This document shows positions 9,766 through 17,812 of a stretch of 64,000 nucleotides of DNA, one piece after another. Position numbers and translations under genes: made by a program. The notes below the pieces were generated by a model, which did no database searches, was not told the origin of the DNA, and saw nothing but the letters and a program-made list of their open reading frames with translations. Position 1 is the stretch's first letter. The number at the start of each line of letters is the position of its first letter. The stretch comes from Armatimonadota bacterium (lineage in GTDB: Bacteria; Armatimonadota; SYMT01), in contig JBKBRF010000024.1 of the NCBI GenBank assembly GCA_046292385.1, positions 38,819-102,818 on the forward strand. The letters run 5' to 3'.

Positions 9766-11205
9766 ATGACTATCCTGGGGGAGTGTGATTCGGAGCGACG
9801 CGAGTTGGTCGAGTGCTTCCGGCTGCGCTTCGACGCCGCCATCGAGGGCAGTGACGGGCCGGTCGGAAGCCTGGATCAGATCCTGGTCGATCCGGGAACC
9901 GGACGGGTGCGGGGTCTCATCGCCCGCACCGGCTTCCTTTCGTGGCGAAAGGTGCAGCTTCCCTGGCGGGCGGTGGTCGACGCCTCCGAAGAGACGCTCG
10001 AGCTCTCCCTCTCCACCCGGGACGTCTGGGAGCTGCGCGAGCGGCAGCCGAAGCGCGGCGGACCCGAGTTGGCAGCTGCCGCTTCTCCGGTCGCCCTGCG
10101 CAGCGCCCTGCCGGTCGCGGCGCTGGACGGTCCGGCGGGACACCTCCGCCAGCTCCGCGTCGACGCGGTGACCGGAGAGCTGGTGGAGCTGGTGATCGAG
10201 TCGGGGCTCTTCTGCCGCCAGAGCCGGCGGATTCCCGCCGCCTGGATCGGGCGGATCACGAGCTCCGGGATCGAGCTGGACGCGCTCCTCTCCGCGGTGG
10301 CGGGCCAGCCGCACTACCGCAGCGACCGCGAGCTGCGGGCGGAGATTCTGGAGGCCTGGTTCTACGACGACCTGCTCCGGCCGATCCTCCTGCGCACCTC
10401 CCTTGACGCGAAGGTCCGGGAGGGCGTGGCGACGCTGGAAGGCTACGTCTGGTCCTCGGATCGCCGGTGGCGCCTCATCGACCGCGCCCGCTCGGTGTCC
10501 GGGGTGGTGGAAGTCCGCTGCGAGGTGGTCACCGACGAAGAGCTGATCCACCAGGTCGCGACCGCCCTGAGCGCCGACTCGCGCACCTGGTCGCTCTACC
10601 CGCAGATCCACAGCTCCCTCGGCGTCGTCTCGCTCGACGGCCGGGCTCCGGACGAGGCGACGCGGGAGGCCGCTTCGGAGGTGGCGGCGACGGTGCCGCG
10701 GGCCAAGGCGATCCACAACCGGCTGCGCGTGGGGGGAGGGGATGGCTCCCCGGAGACCCTCCGGGCGCACTCCCCGCGTCTCGGACAGCGAGTCTTCAGC
10801 CAGGACGGGCCGTACGGGCGGGTGAGCCAGGTGGTGCTCCACGCGTCGACCCGCTTGCTCTCGGGCCTCGTGGTCCGAGAGGAGCGTCCGGCGCCGACGA
10901 CGGTCGCCGACGCGCGCCCGGAGCGGGCCGCGGCGTTGCGGAGGGTCGTCGTCCCGGCGGACTGGATCAGCACCCTCGCCGGCGAGATTCTGCTGCGGGT
11001 CGGCCGTCGGGAGCTGGCGCAGCTGCCGGAGCTCCGACCCGGGGACTATCGCACGCCGCCTCCCGGCTGGGTGCCCCCTTTCCCGTACGAGTGCTCCCAC
11101 GTCTTACTTAGCGGGAAGGAACGCGGGCGGACGAGCGACCGCGAGCGCTCCGCGGAGGGCGAGCCTGCCAGGGGCCGCGGCGAGGAATGGCCCCTGGCGG
11201 CCTGA
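9766..11205 (+). CDS. PRC-barrel and BON domain protein
   Basis: Three PRC-like units (DGPVG.L.Q...D..TG.V..L) flanking two BON-like units (GVATLEGYV...VSGVVEV; GVVSLDG...IHNRLRV). Confidence 0.8.
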   Translation: MTILGECDSERRELVECFRLRFDAAIEGSDGPVGSLDQILVDPGTGRVRGLIARTGFLSWRKVQLPWRAVVDASEETLELSLSTRDVWELRERQPKRGGPELAAAASPVALRSALPVAALDGPAGHLRQLRVDAVTGELVELVIESGLFCRQSRRIPAAWIGRITSSGIELDALLSAVAGQPHYRSDRELRAEILEAWFYDDLLRPILLRTSLDAKVREGVATLEGYVWSSDRRWRLIDRARSVSGVVEVRCEVVTDEELIHQVATALSADSRTWSLYPQIHSSLGVVSLDGRAPDEATREAASEVAATVPRAKAIHNRLRVGGGDGSPETLRAHSPRLGQRVFSQDGPYGRVSQVVLHASTRLLSGLVVREERPAPTTVADARPERAAALRRVVVPADWISTLAGEILLRVGRRELAQLPELRPGDYRTPPPGWVPPFPYECSHVLLSGKERGRTSDRERSAEGEPARGRGEEWPLAA

Positions 11206-11509
11206 GGCAGGGTGCAGCTCGCGCCGGGAAATCGAGGCCCAACCCCACGGGACGATTGATTCTGGAAAACCGGGGTATCAGGCTAATGGATGGCTGGAAA
11301 CCCGGTGACCTGGACCGGTGACCTGGAGAGGTAGACCCTGGTGAAGTCGAGCAGCGCACATCCGCAGAACGGCGGAGCCCCGCAGGGAGCGGAGGCGCGA
11401 CTCTTCTCGACGTTCTTCGGGCGGAACGGCGATCTGACGCCGCGCCGCGCGGTCGCGTCTCGATCCAGGTCTCCAGGGTAAAGCCCTCCCCGTTCGTAAA
11501 GCTCACGAC

Positions 11510-11543
11510 AGCCCGGAGACCGAGATCGGTCTCCGGGCTTTTT
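11510..11543 (+). terminator. Intrinsic terminator
   Basis: 13-bp perfect stem AGCCCGGAGACCG-agat-CGGTCTCCGGGCT followed by a T tract. Confidence 0.85.
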
Positions 11544-11699
11544 CATCGGCAGCTCCCTAAAAGGCGGGAGATGGAGAGGCGAGAGAGGGGGAGGGAGCGC
11601 GGCCTGCGAGCCGGTGAAAGCTCCCTTCCCGGAGAGCACGTGCGATCCTGAGTAATCCGGCAGCGCGACCGGAGAAACGGACCTGAAAGGAGACCCACG

Positions 11700-11972
11700 A
11701 TGACCGAGATGCAGCTTGCGGAGCGAGAAGGTACGGAGCAGCTCAGCCTGGCCCCGGAGATCGAGACGCCGGTCCTGCCGCTGCGGGAGGTTCCGGATTG
11801 GGACGAGCAGCTCGGGCGAGCGCTGGAGGCCTGCCGGCTGATCGACCAGCACCTCGACTATGAAGCGCGGGGGCGGCTGCTGACGCAGCTCCTCGACTTC
11901 CGCCCGCAGCACCTCTGCCCCGAGCAGCGCGTGCAGATGGTGAGCGACCTCTACGGGGTCGCCGCCCGGTAG
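11700..11972 (+). CDS. Small hypothetical protein
   Basis: AAAGGAG SD before ATG; helical, protein-like sequence. Confidence 0.65.
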   Translation: MTEMQLAEREGTEQLSLAPEIETPVLPLREVPDWDEQLGRALEACRLIDQHLDYEARGRLLTQLLDFRPQHLCPEQRVQMVSDLYGVAAR

Positions 11973-12133
11973 CGCCATCCGCCCGCGCGAGGAGCGCTCC
12001 GAGCTCCGGAGCGCTCCTCGCGCGGGGATCCACTTTCATCCCTCCTCGTTCCCGGAGCGTTCTTTCCATGCGCGCCCGAGTGCCTCTTGGCGGTATAGAG
12101 TTGATATCTTCCCCGACGCTGGCGACGCACTCC

Positions 12134-13657
12134 ATGCCCCATAGATCCAACGAGACCGCGGCGAATGAGCTGCGCCTGCTCATCTCGGTCGTCTCCCGCC
12201 GCTGGCAGGAGCGGCTGAACGCAGAGCTCCCCACCGAGACCTCGGTCCAGCCGCGGCTCACGGCAGCGCTGCCCGGGCTGCTGGAGCGACTGGCGGGAAT
12301 GATTGCCGGCGGCTCCGTCGACGAGGAACAGCTCTACGAGCCGGTCGAGGCGGAGGTCCGCTCGCCCGAGCAGGCCGCCCCGTGCGTGGAAGGGCTGCTC
12401 CGGGAGTACCAGGCACTGCATGAAGTGGTGCTCGAGGTGCTGGAAGAGAGCGAGCCGCTCCCATCCGGCGTGCGCCGCCTGATCGCGGAGGCGTTCCACA
12501 CGGCAGAGCGCCGCGTGGCGCGCGAGGCGCTCGCCCGGCAGGCAGAGCAGGTCCGGAACCGGGAGCGACAGCTCCGCGCGCTGGTGGAGTCGAACATCCT
12601 CGGGGTGGTGGAAGCGAACCTGGACGGCCGGGTCTTCGCCGCCAACCAGGCGTTTCTGAAGATGATCGGGCATTCCCAGGACGACCTCTCCGCCGCCGGC
12701 GTCGACTGGCGGAAGCTCACCCCGCCCGAGTACCGCGAGGTCGACGAACGCGCTCTGGCTCAGGTCCGGGAGTCCGGCCGGTGCGACCTGTACGAGAAGG
12801 AGATCCTCCGGGAAGACGGCTCGCGGGTGACGGTGCTGGTCGGCCGGGCGCTCACGAACCCGGAGCGCGGCGACTGCATCACCTACGTGGTCGACCGGAC
12901 CCGCTTCAAAGAGCTGGAAGTGGCGCTGGAGCGGCACGCCGCGGAGCTGGAGCAGGCGAATGACCGGCTGAGCCAGTGGCTGGCGATGATCGCCCACGAG
13001 CTCCGGACCCCGCTCTCCACGATCAGCAACGCCCACTACATCCTGGAAAGTCTGCCGCTCTCGGACCGGGCCGCCCGGCAGGTGTCGGTCGCCGCGCGAC
13101 AGGCCCGGCACGCGGCGCGCCTGGTGAACGACCTGATGGATCTCTCCCGGATCGCCCGCGGCAAGATCGAGCTGCGCCGGGAGCCGGTCTCCCTGCGTCG
13201 CCTGGCCTCGGACGCCGTGGAGAGCGTTCGTCCGCTGATGGATTCGCACGGTCATCAGCTGACCACCGCCTGGACCTCCGAGTCGCTGGTGGTGAACGCG
13301 GACCCGCTCCGGATCGAGCAGATCGTCAATAACCTGCTCACCAACGCGGCGAAGTACACGGAGCCGGGCGGCCGGATCTCGGTCTCGCTGGCGCGAGAGG
13401 GAGACGACGCCGTGCTGCGCGTGCGGGATACCGGCATCGGCATCGAGCCGGAGAAGCTGCCGCTCATCTTCAACCTGTACGAGCAGTTCGGCCTCTCGGA
13501 GACCCGCTCGCACGGCGGGCTCGGGATCGGCCTGTCCCTCGTGCGCCGGCTCGTGGAGCTGCACGGCGGTACCGTCGTGGCGCGGAGTGAAGGCCGGGGA
13601 CACGGCAGCGAGTTCGAGGTCCGGCTCTCCCTGGTCGGCGAGAGCGCCGCGCCGTAG
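12134..13657 (+). CDS. PAS-domain sensor histidine kinase
   Basis: PAS (ANQAFLKMIG...YEKEILREDG), H-box AHELRTPL, N-box NLLTNAAKYT, DTGIGI, GGLGIGL; start could be 12068. Confidence 0.93.
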   Translation: MPHRSNETAANELRLLISVVSRRWQERLNAELPTETSVQPRLTAALPGLLERLAGMIAGGSVDEEQLYEPVEAEVRSPEQAAPCVEGLLREYQALHEVVLEVLEESEPLPSGVRRLIAEAFHTAERRVAREALARQAEQVRNRERQLRALVESNILGVVEANLDGRVFAANQAFLKMIGHSQDDLSAAGVDWRKLTPPEYREVDERALAQVRESGRCDLYEKEILREDGSRVTVLVGRALTNPERGDCITYVVDRTRFKELEVALERHAAELEQANDRLSQWLAMIAHELRTPLSTISNAHYILESLPLSDRAARQVSVAARQARHAARLVNDLMDLSRIARGKIELRREPVSLRRLASDAVESVRPLMDSHGHQLTTAWTSESLVVNADPLRIEQIVNNLLTNAAKYTEPGGRISVSLAREGDDAVLRVRDTGIGIEPEKLPLIFNLYEQFGLSETRSHGGLGIGLSLVRRLVELHGGTVVARSEGRGHGSEFEVRLSLVGESAAP

Positions 13658-14538
13658 TGAACGCGAAAGGGGATCGAGAGCGCAGGATGCACCTACTGCT
13701 AGGCACGGACGGCTCACCCGGCGCGGTGGACGCCGCCCGGTTCATCGCCGCGCTGCCGCTCCCGCCGGAGACGCGGGTCACGGTAGTGGCCGTGGTGCCG
13801 CGCGGCGCGAACCGCGCGGGAGAGGCGGAGCTGGCTCCCGTGGAAGAAGTGCTCGCCGGCTCCCCGGTGCGGCTGGTGCGGGAGGTCCGGGAAGGGATCC
13901 CGGCGGAAGAGCTTCTCAAGGCCGAGGAGCTGCTGGAGCCGGACCTGCTGGTGCTTGGCTCCGCCGGCCGCTCCGCCGTCGCGCGCTTCTGGATCGGGAG
14001 CGTGGCGGAGCGGGTGGCCGAGTACTCGCGCGGCCCGGTGCTCATCACCTGGCCCGGCCGCGTGGAGATCCGGCGGGTTCTGGTCGCCGTGGACCGGACC
14101 CCGCTGGCGGAGGCGATGATGCGGTGGCTGCGGCGGTTCCCGCTGCCGGCCCGTGCCGAGCTCCACCTCGGCACGGTCGTGACGCTCCTCGACCTGTTTG
14201 CGCGGTGGAAGCGCACCCTGCTGCCTCCCACCCGGCCGTTCCTGCGGATCCTGGAGCGCCAGGCGTGCCACGACGCTCGCCGGCACCTGCAGGCGCTGAC
14301 GTCGGACTTCCGCACGGCTGCGCCGATCCAGACGCACGTGCGGCTGGGCGACCCGTCCGAAGAATTGCTCCAGCTCGCGGAGGAGCTCTCCGCCGACCTC
14401 CTGGTGATCGGCTCGCGCGGCTTCGGTCTGCTGGGAGCCCTGCTCCTGGGGAGTGTCTCCGACCACCTGCTCGCGCGGCAGCCCTGTTCCCTGTTGATCC
14501 TCAAGCCGCGACCGCCCGGGGAGGGGCGGCCGGAATGA
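13657..14538 (+). CDS. Universal stress protein, tandem domains
   Basis: LLGTDGS, DLLVLGSAG...IGSVAERV, DLLVIGSRG...LLGSVSDHL. Confidence 0.9.
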   Translation: MNAKGDRERRMHLLLGTDGSPGAVDAARFIAALPLPPETRVTVVAVVPRGANRAGEAELAPVEEVLAGSPVRLVREVREGIPAEELLKAEELLEPDLLVLGSAGRSAVARFWIGSVAERVAEYSRGPVLITWPGRVEIRRVLVAVDRTPLAEAMMRWLRRFPLPARAELHLGTVVTLLDLFARWKRTLLPPTRPFLRILERQACHDARRHLQALTSDFRTAAPIQTHVRLGDPSEELLQLAEELSADLLVIGSRGFGLLGALLLGSVSDHLLARQPCSLLILKPRPPGEGRPE

Positions 14539-15425
14539 CGCACCCGAAGCCCTTTGCGGCCTTGCTGGCGACCGACGGCTCCGCCGCCGCCGGCGCGGCC
14601 GTGGAGCTGCTGCGAGCCTTGCCGCTGCCGCGCGGATCGGTGGTGCACGCCCTCTGCGCCGCCGAGGCCCCGGCCGTTCTCGGCGGCTCGCCCGCTCCCG
14701 GGGCAAGGGAGCTGGTCCGGTTCGAGCGAGCCGCGTGCGAGGAGGCCGTCGAGTCCGCGGCTTCCGCACTCGCCTCCGCCGGGCTCGAGATCAAGCGGCA
14801 CGTGGTGGAGGCGTCCGCCCTCTCCGCGATCCTGGACACTGCCCTGGGCCAGTCGGCAGACCTGATCGTGCTCGGCGCCAAACGCCGCGACGGCCTCACC
14901 GAGCTGTTACTGGGCAGCACCAGCCTGGCGGTGGCGCGCCGCTCCCCTCTCCCGGTCCTCAGCGCTCGGCCGATCAGCCAGGGGCTTCGCTCGGTGGTCC
15001 TCGCCACCGACGGATCTCCGCCTGCCCGGCGAGCGGGCGAGCTGCTCTCGCGGTTCCTGCTGCCGGAGACGACGGAGATCACCGTCGTCCAGGTGCTGTC
15101 GCCGGTAGAAGCGGAGGCGAGCCAGCTCGGGTATGGTACCGACGTGCTGGACCAGGCGGTCGCCGGGCTGCGCCGCGCCGGAGGAGGAGCCGGACCCCGG
15201 CCGGGAGAGGCCCCGGATGAATCCGGGAGATCGCCGCGCCTGATCCGTCCGGCGCTGCGGACCGGCGAGCCCGCGAGTGAGATCCTCCAGGTCGTGCAGG
15301 AGGTGAGCGCCGACCTGGTCGTGGCCGGAACGCGTAAGGTCTCTCTCGCGGAGAGCCTGCTCATCGGGAGCGTCGCGGACCGGCTGCTCAAGGAAGCGAG
15401 CTGTTCGGTGCTCCTCGTCCCATGA
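14535..15425 (+). CDS. Universal stress protein, tandem domains
   Basis: LLATDGS, DLIVLGA...LLGSTS, DLVVAGTR...IGSVADRLL..ASCSVL; ATGA overlap at 14535. Confidence 0.9.
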   Translation: MTHPKPFAALLATDGSAAAGAAVELLRALPLPRGSVVHALCAAEAPAVLGGSPAPGARELVRFERAACEEAVESAASALASAGLEIKRHVVEASALSAILDTALGQSADLIVLGAKRRDGLTELLLGSTSLAVARRSPLPVLSARPISQGLRSVVLATDGSPPARRAGELLSRFLLPETTEITVVQVLSPVEAEASQLGYGTDVLDQAVAGLRRAGGGAGPRPGEAPDESGRSPRLIRPALRTGEPASEILQVVQEVSADLVVAGTRKVSLAESLLIGSVADRLLKEASCSVLLVP

Positions 15426-15515
15426 GCGCGGAGCCGGAATGGGTAGACTAACTTATAGCCCGGCGGTCCGAACGAAAGGCCGGTGTCCCTTCCTGCGGCG
15501 TGGAGAGAAATAGAC

Positions 15516-15869
15516 ATGAAGACTGGAGACGGACGGGGACCAGCGCCGGCACTCTCCCCACCGCCTTCGGAAGGCGAGGCGGAAGCGACGGTTCCGGCAG
15601 AGCGCCCCGGCGGCCCAGCGCAGAGCCGGCCGGAGACGGAGGAGAGCGAGTCGATCGAGCCGACCCTCGTGGACGTGGCCTCCGACCTCTCCTTCCCGGC
15701 GAGCGATCCCCCTTGCTGGACGCTGGGAAGAGAGGCGGCCTCGGACACCCCGGAAGTCGCGCCTCCGCAGCCCGCCCTTCACACCGAGCGGGAGGTACAC
15801 GGCGATCCGGATCCCCAGGAGCTCTACGAGGACGAGGACGAAGAGCTTCCGGCGGCGGCGCGGAGTTGA
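15516..15869 (+). CDS. Small acidic protein with a conserved 'SFPASDPP-W' motif
   Basis: VDVASDLSFPASDPPCWT motif typical of small uncharacterised bacterial proteins; GGAGA SD. Confidence 0.65.
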   Translation: MKTGDGRGPAPALSPPPSEGEAEATVPAERPGGPAQSRPETEESESIEPTLVDVASDLSFPASDPPCWTLGREAASDTPEVAPPQPALHTEREVHGDPDPQELYEDEDEELPAAARS

Positions 15870-15920
15870 CTGCTCCGGCCCCACCGGACGAGCGCGCGCC
15901 CCCTGGGCAGCGCCAGAGGA

Positions 15921-16493
15921 TCAGGCTTCGCGCGGCAGTACGGTGAGCACGTGGGAGATGAAGGTATGGAACTCCTGCATGTAGTTGCGCAGGAACTCCT
16001 CCGTACTGGCGTTCGTGACCTCGCCTTCCTCGGTGATCAGGCCCGGCTTAAAGGTGATGTAGGCCTCCGGAGCGTTCATCTGCGGCGAGTTGAGGTAGCC
16101 CAGCACGCTGCGGAGACTCTGCTGGGCCACCGCCGTGCCGATGGCGCCGGGTGATGCTCCGATTACGGCCGAGGGCTTTCGGGCGAAGGAATTGGTTCCC
16201 CAGGGGCGGCTCGCCCAGTCGATGGCGTTCTTGAGCCCACCCGGGATGGAGCGGTTGTACTCCGGCGTCACGAACAGGACCGCGTCGACGCGGGCGATCG
16301 CCTCCTTGAGAGCTCGTCCTTCCGGCGGGTAGTCGTCGTCGTAGTCGTAGCTGTAGAGCGGAAGATCCTTGATCGGGATCTCCGTGAGCTCCAGCCCGGC
16401 GGGCGCCAGCCGGATCAGCGCCTTCGAGAGCGTGCGGTTGATCGATTCCTTGGCAATGCTCCCGATGAAGTAGCCGACCTGATACGTGGTCAT
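15921..16493 (-). CDS. NAD(P)H-dependent FMN reductase (ChrR-like)
   Basis: GSIAKESINR, FVTPEYNRSIPGGLKNAIDWASRP, GASPGAIGTAVAQ; AAGGAG SD. Confidence 0.93.
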   Translation of the reverse strand: MTTYQVGYFIGSIAKESINRTLSKALIRLAPAGLELTEIPIKDLPLYSYDYDDDYPPEGRALKEAIARVDAVLFVTPEYNRSIPGGLKNAIDWASRPWGTNSFARKPSAVIGASPGAIGTAVAQQSLRSVLGYLNSPQMNAPEAYITFKPGLITEEGEVTNASTEEFLRNYMQEFHTFISHVLTVLPREA

Positions 16494-16909
16494 CGGATCT
16501 CTCCTTCGCCGGGACCGGGCTGTGCCGACCACCGGTGGGCGCCTCTCCCTTGCGACTGATTCGCCAGGATCCGCTCGCAGGGCTTCGCTCCCGGCGGCTC
16601 CATGCCGGGACGGGAGCGGACCCGTCTTGACACACTACCCCGCCCCATGCCGCCCCGAAACGCGCCCCCAGCTCCCCCGGAGGAGCTGCCGCGCTCGAGA
16701 TCGGGGGCAGGCCCGGCCTGGCTTACAGCCCCGTAGATAACGACGTTACGGTGCGGGAAAGCCCCGGGAATACAGACCTGTGACCTCCAGCCGCCGCGGC
16801 TCCGGATCAGGTCGGCTGCTCGCTTGCACCGAGGGCCCACCGATCCGCGCCGAAGCACGGCAGCGCGGCGGATGAGCGGGGTGAGGCCGCCGCGCGGAGG
16901 GCGGCAGCG

Positions 16910-17710
16910 ATGGAGAAGCTACTCGTCACCATTTTCGAGAGCGAGCAACAGGCCCGCGACGGAACGCGCGTCCTCCAGCAGCTTCACGACGAAGGGATCC
17001 TCACGGTCTATGCCGCGGCTCGCGTGGTCAAGGCCGCGGATGGGAGCGTCTCGTACGAGTCGCTGACCGGCGAGGGCCCCCGGCCGCTGCTCCTGGGAGG
17101 GTTGATCGGCGCCCTCGTCGGCCTTCTCGGCGGGCCGTTGGGACTCCCGGTCGGGATTGCCGGCGGGGCGTTCGTCGCGACCATGTATGACTTCGTCCGG
17201 GCCGGCGGCCGGGAGGAATTCCTGAACCGGGTCGCGGAGCACCTCTTGCGGGAAAAGGCCGCCGTGGTAGCGCTGGTGGAGGAGACGCAGGTCCTCCCGG
17301 TCGACACCGCGCTCCAAGCCGTGGGCGGCCTCGTCTTCCGGCAGCCGGCGGCGGAAAACGCCTACCTGCTCCTGGAACAGGAGCTGGAGTCGCTCGGCGC
17401 GGAGATCGACGCGCTGGAGGCGGAGCACGCCGGTACTACGGGAGAGGCCCGCGCGCAGCTTCAGGTGAAGCTCGCCGCCCTCGAGGCCCGGCGGCTGGCG
17501 TTGATGGAGGAGGCGAGAGCCCTCCTCGAGGACGCCCAGCAGGTGGCGGAGTTCAAAGCCGCTTCGCTGGAAGCGCAGGCGGCCAGGGCGGCCGAGCCTC
17601 GTAGAGCGCTGCTCCTGGGCCGGGCCGCGCGGGTGCGCGCCGACTACGAGCGCAGCCGCGCCAGGCTGCAGCAGGCGTGTGACGAAGCCCGACAGCCGCT
17701 CGCGGCCTGA
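16910..17710 (+). CDS. DUF1269-like membrane protein with coiled-coil tail
   Basis: LLVTIFESE..A, GGLIGALVGLLGGPLG...G, KAAVVALVEE...PVD. Confidence 0.75.
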   Translation: MEKLLVTIFESEQQARDGTRVLQQLHDEGILTVYAAARVVKAADGSVSYESLTGEGPRPLLLGGLIGALVGLLGGPLGLPVGIAGGAFVATMYDFVRAGGREEFLNRVAEHLLREKAAVVALVEETQVLPVDTALQAVGGLVFRQPAAENAYLLLEQELESLGAEIDALEAEHAGTTGEARAQLQVKLAALEARRLALMEEARALLEDAQQVAEFKAASLEAQAARAAEPRRALLLGRAARVRADYERSRARLQQACDEARQPLAA

Positions 17711-17812
17711 CCTCACCAGCCACCGCGCAGGGTACAGCGCTTCGGGAGCGAAGGGCGGTCCGTGCCCGGTCGACTTCCATGCGGAAGCGCGCGGGCACGG
17801 ACCCCGTGCCGC

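Noticed and set aside
11320..11480. 6S RNA call
   Set aside because: Long-range pairing exists but I could not verify the central bubble; kept only as an unassigned candidate.
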